A stretch of 64,000 nucleotides of DNA from Candidatus Hydrogenedens sp. Lineage in GTDB: Bacteria > Hydrogenedentota > Hydrogenedentia > Hydrogenedentales > Hydrogenedentaceae. Shown here one piece after another: positions 36,713 to 46,276 of the stretch. The position numbers and the translations under genes are program-made. The stretch spans positions 1 through 64,000 of the forward strand of contig JBMFRC010000009.1 in assembly GCA_049968235.1 (NCBI GenBank), given 5' to 3'. The notes under the pieces are model-generated. The model did not search any database. It was not told the origin of the DNA and was given only the letters and a program-made list of their open reading frames with translations. Numbering within the stretch: the first letter of the stretch is position 1; every line of letters begins with the position of its first letter.

Positions 36713-37321
36713 GTGTTGAATATCAGAGAAATTCGGGAAGCAGATATAGACAAAGCAGTAGAATCTTTAGTCTATGCTTTTTTTGATGATGGATTGGTTT
36801 GTTATATGTTTCCCGAAGAGAAATTTCGCAAAGAATTTATAACATGGACATATGAGCGTTGGCTTCGACTTTTAATGATATTTAACTCAGTATTTGTAGA
36901 TGAAAATGTCCAAGGTGTTGCAGGTTGTATCCCACCCTCTCTATATCCCCATATCCCTTTTCGCTATATTATGCGGGCAGGATTTTTCCGGGCTATTCCT
37001 AAATTAATATGTCGAAACTTCTGGCGACCTTTGCGTGCCTATTGGGATAATCAGAACAGGACACGAAGTGAAGTAAAAGAACCTGCATGGATTTTGGACA
37101 TTCTGGGAGTTCATCCCTCTGCACAGGGAAAAGGAATTGGTAGTGCTTTGGTTCAGCATGTAATTTCCTGTGCAAATCGGGATAAGGTTCCTGCTTATGT
37201 GATTACTCATAAAGAAAAAAATATTATCTTTTACGAAAAAAATGGGTTCAAACTTCTAAATAAGAAAAATTTCCTCCCTGGGGGTCCTCCCACCTGCTCC
37301 CTGATTTACAAACCTTTCTAA
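36713..37321 (+). CDS. GNAT family N-acetyltransferase
   Basis: QGKGIGSALVQHVI acetyl-CoA binding motif. GTG start with AGGAGA RBS. Confidence 0.65.
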   Translation: MLNIREIREADIDKAVESLVYAFFDDGLVCYMFPEEKFRKEFITWTYERWLRLLMIFNSVFVDENVQGVAGCIPPSLYPHIPFRYIMRAGFFRAIPKLICRNFWRPLRAYWDNQNRTRSEVKEPAWILDILGVHPSAQGKGIGSALVQHVISCANRDKVPAYVITHKEKNIIFYEKNGFKLLNKKNFLPGGPPTCSLIYKPF

Positions 37322-37461
37322 GAATATTTGCGAATTTATTAGACCGCAGAAAAGAAAAAATTTCCTTTGAAAAGGGAAAAAAATATCTTTGTTTTCAAAT
37401 ATGAAAAAAGTGAGTTTGATTAAGTAATTGATTTTTAAGTAGATATGAAAACTTATCTATG

Positions 37462-37477
37462 TGGCATATCATTTGCT
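37462..37477 (+). promoter_or_regulatory. Sigma54 (RpoN) promoter: TGGCAT-N5-TTGCT (GG-N10-GC) ~37 nt upstream of flgB
   Basis: tGGcatatcatTTGCt matches the -24/-12 consensus TGGCAC-N5-TTGCW in 10/11 positions. Confidence 0.65.
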
Positions 37478-37513
37478 AAATAAAAAAACAAAACCGAAAG
37501 GTAATTACAATAA

Positions 37514-37915
37514 ATGGTCAATGGAATAGGAAAAATAAGTGCCGAAACAATGCTAATTTCTGCAATGAAAGTAGCAGAGATTAATCATCGGTATATTGCT
37601 AATAATATAGCCAATGCGGATACCCCTGGATATACGCAAAAGGAATTAGATTTTCAGAAATCTCTCAACGCCGTATTGCAAGGGCGAGGGGGTATCGTTC
37701 TCCGCACGAACCACCCTCGCCATATCCAGGTAGAAAAAGAAGGAGTTGTTGTAGAAAAGAGAAAGAATGTACTGAAAAACGATTTTAATTCTGTGGACAT
37801 TGATGAACAAATTACAAAACTAACAGAGAATACAGGAAAAGTTACTGTTTATACTGCATTGTTAGCCAAGAGATTTAATCAGTTAACAACCATTATTAAC
37901 GACTTGAAGAGATAA
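37514..37915 (+). CDS. flgB: Flagellar basal-body rod protein FlgB
   Basis: ANNIANADTPGYTQKELDF. Confidence 0.9.
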   Translation: MVNGIGKISAETMLISAMKVAEINHRYIANNIANADTPGYTQKELDFQKSLNAVLQGRGGIVLRTNHPRHIQVEKEGVVVEKRKNVLKNDFNSVDIDEQITKLTENTGKVTVYTALLAKRFNQLTTIINDLKR

Positions 37916-37924
37916 GATAATAGT

Positions 37925-38350
37925 ATGCGAGTTGAAGGAATTTCTGCATGGGATATAGCCCTTAGTGGTATACGGGCTCAACGGCTGAGAATGAATATTA
38001 TTTCAAATAATATTGCTAATGCGGAAACAACCCGAACTGAAAAAGGAGGTGGTCCATTTCGCAGGCAGATGGTTCTGTTAAAGGGTTATGAATTAGGCAA
38101 GAATGTAACATCAAAACAAGCAGGAGTAGAAGTAAAGTCTGTAATTTATGATATGTCCCCATTTAAAGAAGTGTATGAACCAGAACATCCCGATGCTAAT
38201 AAACAAGGTATTGTAAAATATCCGAATGTCCAACTTGCGAATGAAATGGCAGACCTTGTGTCTGCACAACGAGCATACGAGGCCAATATTGCGGTTTTTG
38301 TGGCAAATCGGCAAATACGACAAAGAGCATTAGAAATTTTACAAAGATGA
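37925..38350 (+). CDS. flgC: Flagellar basal-body rod protein FlgC
   Basis: ALSGIRAQRLRMNIISNNIANAETTRT ... SAQRAYEAN. Confidence 0.9.
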   Translation: MRVEGISAWDIALSGIRAQRLRMNIISNNIANAETTRTEKGGGPFRRQMVLLKGYELGKNVTSKQAGVEVKSVIYDMSPFKEVYEPEHPDANKQGIVKYPNVQLANEMADLVSAQRAYEANIAVFVANRQIRQRALEILQR

Positions 38351-38439
38351 GTAATATAAGATTTTTTTATGATAAAATAATGATATGATATAGAGTAGAA
38401 ACAAAAAATAAAAAGGAAATAATAACGAGGTAGTATCCC

Positions 38440-38757
38440 GTGGATAATATTGATTCTATTCACCAAATAGGTCCGGTAAAACCTAAAGTAGATATACCCT
38501 CTGTAAGTCCTATTAGGACTACACCGGTTGAAAATAAAACTTCTTTTAAGGATATATTAGTTGATGCTGTATCTGAAGTTCAGAAATTACAGGATGAAGC
38601 AGATACAACTATTAAAAAATTAGTTTCGGGCGAGATAAAAGATGTAACTGAAGTAATGGTGGCGGTTCAACGGGCAGATACTGCTTTTCAAACCCTGATG
38701 GCAGTTCGAAATAAAGTAATAACGGCGTACGAAGAGATAATGCGAATGCAAATTTAG
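38440..38757 (+). CDS. fliE: Flagellar hook-basal body complex protein FliE
   Basis: C-terminal VMVAVQRADTAFQTLMAVRNKVITAYEEIMRMQI. Confidence 0.85.
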   Translation: MDNIDSIHQIGPVKPKVDIPSVSPIRTTPVENKTSFKDILVDAVSEVQKLQDEADTTIKKLVSGEIKDVTEVMVAVQRADTAFQTLMAVRNKVITAYEEIMRMQI

Positions 38758-38859
38758 TATTTGACATGAGGTCAATACCCTGTGATTTGAAAAATCAAAT
38801 CCAGGAAAGAGCGGAGGTAAAAATTGAATAATTTCCCTAAAAAAATTTATTAAAAATTC

Positions 38860-38888
38860 TTGACATGATACACTATATATTGTATTAT
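38860..38888 (+). promoter_or_regulatory. Consensus sigma70 promoter (TTGACA-N17-TATTAT) internal to the flagellar cluster, upstream of fliF
   Basis: TTGACAtgatacactatatattgTATTAT. Confidence 0.5.
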
Positions 38889-38988
38889 ATAAACAAAAGT
38901 GATCTATTAGTTTGGTTTTGTTTGTTGTGTTACATTAAAATATATACAATAAGTTGATGAAAAATAAAAAGAAATATATAGTGTATTT

Positions 38989-40545
38989 ATGGAAACGATT
39001 TTACAATTCATAAATGGAATAAGAGAATTCTGGGCTAAGTTAACACTCAGTGCTAAAGTTATTATCGGGGTTTCTTTCTTTATAGTTTTTTTAGGTCTGT
39101 TATTAATTATATTCATTGGAGCACAGCCCCAATATACGGTTTTATCTGCGGGACTTTCGCCTCAAGAGATTTCTAAAATAACAGATGTATTATCCCGTCA
39201 GGGGATTCGATACCAGTTAGGAGACAACAATACAAGTGTATTAGTTCCCGTAAATGAAAGAAGTAATGCACAATTATTACTGGCACAGAGCGACTTGCCT
39301 GTTGGAAGACCTGTTCCTCCGGGCTGGGAATTATTTTCCACAACGGAATTAATGACCAATCAGTGGTTGCAGAATGTAAAATTTATGAGGGCTCTTCAAG
39401 GAGAGATACAAAAGCAGTTAAATGCTTTTGATTTTGTAAATGATAGTTATGTTCTTATCCGTGAAGCAAAAGAAGAGTTATTTGTGTCGGAACAAAAACC
39501 GTCAGAAGCGGCAGTTACGCTTGATATAAATAGACCCCTAACCAAACAGGAAATAAAGGCTATAGTTAGTATTGTAGACCATGCTGGCGGAGCCAATCTT
39601 CACCCTGGGAACATTACCATAGTGAGCACAAAAGGAGATGTTTTATACTTACCTCCCCAGTCTGGATTTGCTTCTCTTGCAAGTTCCAAATTGGAATTAT
39701 TGACCGAATGGGAGAAACAGCGAGAGATGAAAGTAATGAATAAATTGCGGGAATTAGGAGTTCGGGGGACTGTCTCCGTGAGTGCTAAGATAAACTTTGA
39801 TAGTTCTGAAGAGATAGAAGAAAAAGTAAGTGAAGGAACTGAAATAAGCACTTCAACGACAGAGACAAGCAGTGAGACGAACGAAAAACCACCTGAAGGT
39901 GCTCCGGGTGTAGTTGCTAATGTCCCTGAAGCCACAGTTCCTGGGGCTACTTCTACTAAAGAGACGACGACAGAGGAAATTGCAAACTATGAACCCTCTC
40001 GTTTAACGAGAAAAAAGAAGAAAGAAGGAGGAAATGTTGAGAAATTCCTTGTGACTGTTATTGTGGAAGGAGATTATCAAGAAACACAGGATGAGCAGGG
40101 TAATAAGAAGCGAAATTATATAGGTCTTTCCGAAGAGCGGAAGAAGATGTTTCAAGATTTTGTGATGTCTGCAGTAGGTGAAGGAGAAGTCCCCACAGAG
40201 GTATTGGTTTACGACCAGCCTTTTGGCATTTCGGAATTAGAGACCGGAATTCCCAAATCGGAAGAAATGCCATTCCAGTGGAGAACATGGCTGACACCCG
40301 TTACAGTCATTATTCAACTATTCGTTATTTTTGTAGTCTTTCTATTATTAAGGTCGTTTTTAAGGAGTACAGTAGTGGAGAAGAAAGAAATAGAAGAAGA
40401 AGAGGAACCGGTTGAGTTACCGGGTGTTTCCAAAGAAGATTTACGAAGACAAGAAGTGGCTCGGGAAGTGGCTCGGGTATCTATCGAGGAACCCGAAACC
40501 GCAGCTGCTTTAATTCGTTCATGGTTATCAGAAGGAGAAGAGTAA
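38989..40545 (+). CDS. fliF: Flagellar M-ring protein FliF
   Basis: N-terminal TM, YscJ/FliF fold motifs, charged S/T/E-rich linker, C-terminal TM and FliG-binding tail. Confidence 0.85.
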   Translation: METILQFINGIREFWAKLTLSAKVIIGVSFFIVFLGLLLIIFIGAQPQYTVLSAGLSPQEISKITDVLSRQGIRYQLGDNNTSVLVPVNERSNAQLLLAQSDLPVGRPVPPGWELFSTTELMTNQWLQNVKFMRALQGEIQKQLNAFDFVNDSYVLIREAKEELFVSEQKPSEAAVTLDINRPLTKQEIKAIVSIVDHAGGANLHPGNITIVSTKGDVLYLPPQSGFASLASSKLELLTEWEKQREMKVMNKLRELGVRGTVSVSAKINFDSSEEIEEKVSEGTEISTSTTETSSETNEKPPEGAPGVVANVPEATVPGATSTKETTTEEIANYEPSRLTRKKKKEGGNVEKFLVTVIVEGDYQETQDEQGNKKRNYIGLSEERKKMFQDFVMSAVGEGEVPTEVLVYDQPFGISELETGIPKSEEMPFQWRTWLTPVTVIIQLFVIFVVFLLLRSFLRSTVVEKKEIEEEEEPVELPGVSKEDLRRQEVAREVARVSIEEPETAAALIRSWLSEGEE

Positions 40546-40546
40546 T

Positions 40547-41584
40547 ACGGCACCGAAAAAAGATACAAAAGAACCTGAGAAACTAACAGGTCGAAAAAAA
40601 GCGGCAATTCTGCTGGCATGTTTGGGTCCAGAACATGCGAGTAATATTCTTGCTCATTTAAGAGATGCTGAAATTGACCGCCTCACGCTGGATATTGCTT
40701 CTCTGGGAACTATTGACCCGGAGATTAAGGCAAAAATATTTGATGAGTTTTTCCAGATGGTAGAGGCAAAACGGTTCGTAGCAGAGGGAGGAATTGAATT
40801 AGCCAAGGAATTATTAGAGAAATCCTTTGGTGCACAAAAAGCGGTAGAAATATTGAGTCGTTTACAAAGTTCCTTGCAGGAAGTTCCTTTTCAATTTTTA
40901 AAGAAAGCAGACCCATCACAAATCAGTAGTTTTATTCAGGAGGAACACCCTCAAACCATTGCATTAATATTAGCCCACCTCGACCCTAAAGTTTCTGCTC
41001 TGGCTCTCTCTTCATTACCTCCTGAGACACAAACCGATGTAATTTATCGTATTGCCACGATGGATCGAACCGCTCCTGAAATTATTCATGAGGTAGAACG
41101 GGTTCTGGAAAGAAAAATGGCAGCGGTTTTCACACAAGGATTTACTTTTGCTGGAGGTGTGAAAGAAGTAGCAGAGATACTCAATCTTGTTGAACGGTCT
41201 GCTGAAAAGAGTATTATGGAAAAATTGCAAGAAAAGGACCCGGATTTAGCAAATGAAATCAATAAATTAATGTTTACTTTTGATGATTTGATTTATGTTG
41301 ACGATGCAGGTATTCAAAAGGCATTGAGAGAAATTGATTCTAAGGATTTGGCTTTAGCTTTGAAATCATCTACGGATGAAGTCAAAGACAAAATATTTAA
41401 AAATATGTCAGAACGTGCTCGGGAAATGTTGAAAGAAGAGATAGAATTTATGGGTCCTGTTCGACTTAAAAATGTGGAAGAGGCTCAACAACGAATTGTG
41501 GCAGTAATACGCCGATTAGAAGAAGCAGGTGACCTTATTATCACAGGAAGAGGAGAAGGTGGAGGCGAAGAAATTCTTGTTTAA
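40547..41584 (+). CDS. fliG: Flagellar motor switch protein FliG (apparent non-ATG start: ACG at 40547 after RBS AAGGAG; conservative alternative TTG 40622)
   Basis: Conserved FliG N-terminus (APKKDTKEPEKLTGRKKAAILLACLGPEHASNILAHL) is in frame upstream of the ORF-track start, with no ATG/GTG/TTG available. Middle and C-terminal FliG motifs (MFTFDDL, EFMGPVRLK). Confidence 0.8.
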   Translation, partial: TAPKKDTKEPEKLTGRKKAAILLACLGPEHASNILAHLRDAEIDRLTLDIASLGTIDPEIKAKIFDEFFQMVEAKRFVAEGGIELAKELLEKSFGAQKAVEILSRLQSSLQEVPFQFLKKADPSQISSFIQEEHPQTIALILAHLDPKVSALALSSLPPETQTDVIYRIATMDRTAPEIIHEVERVLERKMAAVFTQGFTFAGGVKEVAEILNLVERSAEKSIMEKLQEKDPDLANEINKLMFTFDDLIYVDDAGIQKALREIDSKDLALALKSSTDEVKDKIFKNMSERAREMLKEEIEFMGPVRLKNVEEAQQRIVAVIRRLEEAGDLIITGRGEGGGEEILV

Positions 41585-41592
41585 CAATCAGG

Positions 41593-42303
41593 ATGGATAT
41601 ATTTATGTCTAAGGTTAAGAAAACACAAAAAGTTATTACTGAAAATACAGAAATAAAGTTTCTATCTCGTAATGATTTGAAAGAATTTCCGAAAGAAAAA
41701 GAGATTTCTGACGACCCTTTAAGCATGTATTCTCCGGAGGAATTGCGTGCTTTAGTGCTAGAACAGGCTCAACTGGAAGCGGAGGAAATGAAACGGAAAG
41801 CCTATGAAGAAGGATACAATGCAGGCAAATTACATGCTGAAAAGGAATTCCAACAATTCCTTGAGGAGATGAATAAAATTGTTCAAGAAAGTATAAAAAC
41901 AATTACTCAAGCAAGAACCAGCTTCCTTGAGCAATTGACTCCTCAAATCCTTAAAATGGTTTTTCAAATTTCTGAACAGGTAATCTCTGCTCAAATCCAA
42001 ATAAAGTCAGATATTGTTGAGGTTATTATAAGAGAAACATTAGAGGAATTAATAGATAGTCAGGAGATATATTTACATATTCATCCGGATGATTATGCAT
42101 TAATTGAAGCGGAAATCAAATCGCAATTGGAGGGTGGTAGCATAATGCAAAAGGTTATTTTTGTCCCGGATGAAACAATAGAAAGGAGTGGATGTATTGC
42201 GGAAACTAAAACACAATTTATAGATAATCAAATTTCTTCACGATTAAAACTAATCATTGAGAAGATAGTTAACCTTGCGAGGGAAAATGGTGTTGACATT
42301 TAA
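41593..42303 (+). CDS. fliH: Flagellar assembly protein FliH
   Basis: Position between fliG and fliI. FliH-like E-rich N-terminus (EAEEMKRKAYEEGYNAGK). Confidence 0.75.
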   Translation: MDIFMSKVKKTQKVITENTEIKFLSRNDLKEFPKEKEISDDPLSMYSPEELRALVLEQAQLEAEEMKRKAYEEGYNAGKLHAEKEFQQFLEEMNKIVQESIKTITQARTSFLEQLTPQILKMVFQISEQVISAQIQIKSDIVEVIIRETLEELIDSQEIYLHIHPDDYALIEAEIKSQLEGGSIMQKVIFVPDETIERSGCIAETKTQFIDNQISSRLKLIIEKIVNLARENGVDI

Positions 42304-43597
42304 GCCTTATATCGATATTGTTCAAGGGACAAAGCCATTTCAAATTTGTGGCAAGGTTAAAAATATTACGGGGTTAACTATTGAAGTTACGGGTCCAGAA
42401 ATGAGAGTTGGGGACCTATGCTATATATCATCAAGGGACAGAAAAAATCTGATACCTGTGGAAGTGGTTGGTTTTAGAAATGACCATTATCTTGTAATGC
42501 CTCTGGATGAGATTCAAGGGTTAGGACCGGGCTATATTTTAATTCCAACTTTTCAGTCACGAAATGTCCCTGTTGGAGATGCCTTTTTGGGAAGGGTTAT
42601 TGATGCTCTCGGTAATCCTATGGATGGAAAGCCTTTCCCTAAAGTTAGTGAAAAGAGGTCGCTATATACATGCCCTCCATCTGCAGTGTTTCGTCCTCGA
42701 ATAACAGAACCATTAGCGACAGGGATAAAATCCATTGATGGATGTACTACCTGTGGTAAAGGACAGCGTGTAGCAATTCTTTCCGGAAGTGGTGTGGGAA
42801 AAAGCAAATTGATTGGGATGATTGCACGGAACACCAATGCGGATATAAATGTAATCGCTCTTGTAGGAGAACGAGGGAAAGAAGTTCGTGAGTTTATCGA
42901 TTTAGATTTAGGAGAAGAAGGACTGAAAAGGTCTGTGGTTGTTGTGGCAACATCACACGAGTCTGCATTAAGACGAATTAGCGCTGGCTATGTAGCAACA
43001 ACAATTGCAGAATATTTTCGTGACCAGGGTGCAGATGTATTGTTGATGATGGATTCTATAACAAGGTTTGCTATGGCACAACGCGAAATAGGTTTATCTA
43101 TTGGAGAGCCTCCAACAACGAAAGGATATACACCGTCCGTGTTCAGTCTTTTGCCCCGTCTATTGGAACGGGTAGGGACATCAAAGAAAGGAACTATAAC
43201 AGGTTTTTATACAGTTCTTGTAGAAGCAGATGATTTGAATGACCCCATAGGCGATGCTGTTCGTAGTATTACGGATGGGCATATTTCTTTATCACGGAGT
43301 TTAGCATCTCGTGGACATTATCCTCCGGTAGATGTTCTGGAAAGTATTAGCCGTTCCATGCTGGAAATTACATCGTCGGAACATCGTGTACTATCAAATA
43401 AAATACGAAGTATTCTGGCTATTTATCGTGATGCCGAAGATCTGGTAAATATTGGGGCTTATGTTACAGGGTCAAATAAGGAGATTGATGAGGCGTTACG
43501 GCTTATGCCGAAAATAAGAAAATTTTTAATCCAGGATTTGTATGAAAAGGTTTCCTGGGACCAAATTTTACCCTTAATGAAGGAGGCACTTGGTTAA
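42275..43597 (+). CDS. fliI: Flagellum-specific ATP synthase FliI
   Basis: Walker A GSGVGKS, Walker B LLMMDS, F1/T3SS ATPase fold. Confidence 0.9.
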   Translation: MRGKMVLTFKPYIDIVQGTKPFQICGKVKNITGLTIEVTGPEMRVGDLCYISSRDRKNLIPVEVVGFRNDHYLVMPLDEIQGLGPGYILIPTFQSRNVPVGDAFLGRVIDALGNPMDGKPFPKVSEKRSLYTCPPSAVFRPRITEPLATGIKSIDGCTTCGKGQRVAILSGSGVGKSKLIGMIARNTNADINVIALVGERGKEVREFIDLDLGEEGLKRSVVVVATSHESALRRISAGYVATTIAEYFRDQGADVLLMMDSITRFAMAQREIGLSIGEPPTTKGYTPSVFSLLPRLLERVGTSKKGTITGFYTVLVEADDLNDPIGDAVRSITDGHISLSRSLASRGHYPPVDVLESISRSMLEITSSEHRVLSNKIRSILAIYRDAEDLVNIGAYVTGSNKEIDEALRLMPKIRKFLIQDLYEKVSWDQILPLMKEALG

Positions 43598-43602
43598 TTG
43601 TC

Positions 43603-44061
43603 ATGAATCCGAGAGAGTATCAACGATATGACCCTTTATTAAGAATTCGTAAAACACAAGAACAACTGTGTGCACAGAAATTGGCAGAAACAATGATGAA
43701 AATAAAAAACATTGAACAGGAAATTAAAAACACGGAGCAATTGCAAAAGGACTATATGTCGCAGGTTCAGACCATGCAAAAAAAATCGCATAAAGTAAAA
43801 GAAATATCAGATTCATTTGAATATATAGTATTTTTAGGGAAGCAAAAGGAGTTGCTAGATAAAAAGAAAGGGGAATTGGAAGATATAGCCCAAAAGCAGA
43901 GAAAAGAATTAGAGCAAATTATGATAGAAGAAAAAATGCTCCAAAAACTAAGAGATAATAGAGAAAGAGTTTTCCGTAATTGGGTGAGAAAGGAAATACA
44001 AAAGGACACAGATGATTTAAGTGGAACACGATTTTCAATGAAGAATAAAGAAGCCATATGA
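43603..44061 (+). CDS. fliJ: Flagellar export chaperone FliJ-like coiled-coil protein
   Basis: Position after fliI, ~150 aa, heptad-rich. Confidence 0.65.
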   Translation: MNPREYQRYDPLLRIRKTQEQLCAQKLAETMMKIKNIEQEIKNTEQLQKDYMSQVQTMQKKSHKVKEISDSFEYIVFLGKQKELLDKKKGELEDIAQKQRKELEQIMIEEKMLQKLRDNRERVFRNWVRKEIQKDTDDLSGTRFSMKNKEAI

Positions 44062-44099
44062 TTATAAATATATGGTATTGAAACATAGGAAACGAGAAT

Positions 44100-44675
44100 A
44101 TGCGATTTCTCTTGATTATTATATTAGCAATTATATCTTTTGTGGGGACACTGGTAGGAATATTAGCCGTTACAGGAAATCTATCCGGAGAATCTCTCCA
44201 GAAATTAGTTGCCCCTTCTCCTGCTACCCCAAAGGTAACAATACCCCAGCACAATATTCATGAAGATTCCATTGCTACATTGATTGAGCAGATTCAGAAG
44301 AAGGAATCTTTATTAAAGCAAAAGGAAGAGGAAATAAAGAAAAAAGAGGAAGAGATAAATGCAAAATCTCAAGAATTGCAACAAATGCAAACGAAAATAG
44401 AGTCCATACAAAAAGAACTGAGTTCCAAATTAGGGGAGGATAAAAAAGAAAAGGCAGTGCAAATGCAAGCCATTGCAGTTACGCTTAGTGGTATGAAGCC
44501 GGATAAGGCGGCAGAACGATTGAAAACAATGAATCCAGATGAAATTGCAGAAATTCTTTCTTATGTCAAACCTAAGGAAAGAGGGAAAATTGTAGAAGCC
44601 TTAGATGCTCAATTAGCAGCACAGGTACTTCAAGCTCTGCAAAAAGTGCAACCTCCTTCTCCTCCCTCCTCATAA
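44100..44675 (+). CDS. YlxF/MotE-like flagellar-operon protein (N-terminal TM, coiled coil, MgtE-N-like C-terminus)
   Basis: Same position and size as B. subtilis ylxF between fliJ and fliK. TM + K/E-rich coiled coil. Confidence 0.55.
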   Translation: MRFLLIIILAIISFVGTLVGILAVTGNLSGESLQKLVAPSPATPKVTIPQHNIHEDSIATLIEQIQKKESLLKQKEEEIKKKEEEINAKSQELQQMQTKIESIQKELSSKLGEDKKEKAVQMQAIAVTLSGMKPDKAAERLKTMNPDEIAEILSYVKPKERGKIVEALDAQLAAQVLQALQKVQPPSPPSS

Positions 44676-44767
44676 AATTCATTCCTTAATAAACTAATCT
44701 AATTCGAATTCAAAACTTATTCCTTGATTTGGTTGAAATATTAACTCTTTTTTTAAGGAGAGGATTT

Positions 44768-46264
44768 ATGATTGATAATATAATGAATGTTCTTTTCCCT
44801 GTAGTGTCCGGGGAAATCACAAAAACAGAACCAGGTGCTCAGGAGAATACAAACCCTAATGGGAGCAATTTCGGGCAGGTCCTGAGTATATTGATGGCTC
44901 AAATGGGATTAATAGCAATACCCGTTCAACAGGATGGTAATACTTCTTTGTCAGAAACAGAAATCCATTCAGATGCACAGGTAAATAATGTCTCTTCATT
45001 TATTACAAACCCGAATAATATAGAATTGCCTTCTACCATAGAAGGTACGGTTACTCAGGAACTAGTTCAATTACCGGATTCTGGTATCGAAATTGATTCT
45101 ATTACAGGACAGGAAGATGTGCAAAACAAAAGTTTACCTGTTGTGGATACAGATGCAAAACAAGATAATCCTATTATTTATGAGTGTCAGGATGAATTGT
45201 TATTGCAATTAGGTACTAATATAGAACAGAGAATTGCAAAAGTACAATCTGGACAACCTAAGACAAAACAATCGGGTGTGGGAATAAAAACTTTAACATC
45301 TCTTAATTCCTCACAAAAAGGAAATTCATCCATTGGTAGTGAAAATGTAATTACACCGATGGATACAGAACAAATGGGCAAAATAGAGACGGTAGAATTA
45401 CCTCAAATTACAGAAAAATTACACATTAAGAATATAGGATTATCTACCATTTTGAATCCTGAAGAACAGCAAGAACAGGTCCTCTTAAAATCAGGACAGG
45501 TATCAAATGATAAAAACATTCAGAATGGTGTGATGGGGACCCCGTCAAATACACAACAAAAATATACAGATATACTGGCAGATTTAAAACACGATTTACC
45601 AGAAAATATGGATGTAGAAATGAAAGGAAATATATTTTCTAAAGTTCCGGAAACGAAATTAATTTCTAATTCCGGTGAACAAACCAATTCAAGCTCTCAA
45701 CATAAATCTGATTTGCCAAACTCAAATCCTCAATTAGGAATTTTCACCGAAAAGTACATGAAGATAGGAAGTGAAGGAGCCTCTGCTAAAACACCTTCTG
45801 TAATCCCGGCAGAATCCAAAGATGTTGTTGCTACATTATCCTCATTGAGGGCTGTTCTGACAGAACAGATAAAGTTTGCAGTTCGCTCAGAGACAAAAAC
45901 GATTACTGTAAGATTAGAACCTGAGTCGTTAGGGCTCATGGAGGTTAAAGTTCAGGAATATTCCGGTAAAATTGGAATTCAACTTACTACTTCTAACAAT
46001 GAAGTCCATAAAATTCTAACACAAGGTCTACCTCAATTAAGGGAAGCCCTGAAACAGGAAGGTATTTTTGTTAAGGATGTACAGGTTATTTCCACAGGGA
46101 CAGCAAGCCTTATGTTAAATCAGGATTTCAGTTCACATTCCTTTTCAAGGGAACTTCACATAGAACCTGTCTTATCTCATTTTAATAGTAACACGCAACA
46201 AATAACAGAGGAAATAAAACCCTTAACAGATTACCATAATGGAACATTAAGTTTATGGGTATAG
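44768..46264 (+). CDS. fliK: Flagellar hook-length control protein FliK
   Basis: C-terminal Flg_hook domain (ITVRLEPESLGLMEVKVQEYSGKIGIQLTTSNNEVHKILTQGLPQLREALKQEGIFVKDVQV). Start ATG 44768 after RBS AAGGAGAGG. Confidence 0.75.
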   Translation: MIDNIMNVLFPVVSGEITKTEPGAQENTNPNGSNFGQVLSILMAQMGLIAIPVQQDGNTSLSETEIHSDAQVNNVSSFITNPNNIELPSTIEGTVTQELVQLPDSGIEIDSITGQEDVQNKSLPVVDTDAKQDNPIIYECQDELLLQLGTNIEQRIAKVQSGQPKTKQSGVGIKTLTSLNSSQKGNSSIGSENVITPMDTEQMGKIETVELPQITEKLHIKNIGLSTILNPEEQQEQVLLKSGQVSNDKNIQNGVMGTPSNTQQKYTDILADLKHDLPENMDVEMKGNIFSKVPETKLISNSGEQTNSSSQHKSDLPNSNPQLGIFTEKYMKIGSEGASAKTPSVIPAESKDVVATLSSLRAVLTEQIKFAVRSETKTITVRLEPESLGLMEVKVQEYSGKIGIQLTTSNNEVHKILTQGLPQLREALKQEGIFVKDVQVISTGTASLMLNQDFSSHSFSRELHIEPVLSHFNSNTQQITEEIKPLTDYHNGTLSLWV

Positions 46265-46276
46265 AGGAGAAATACT

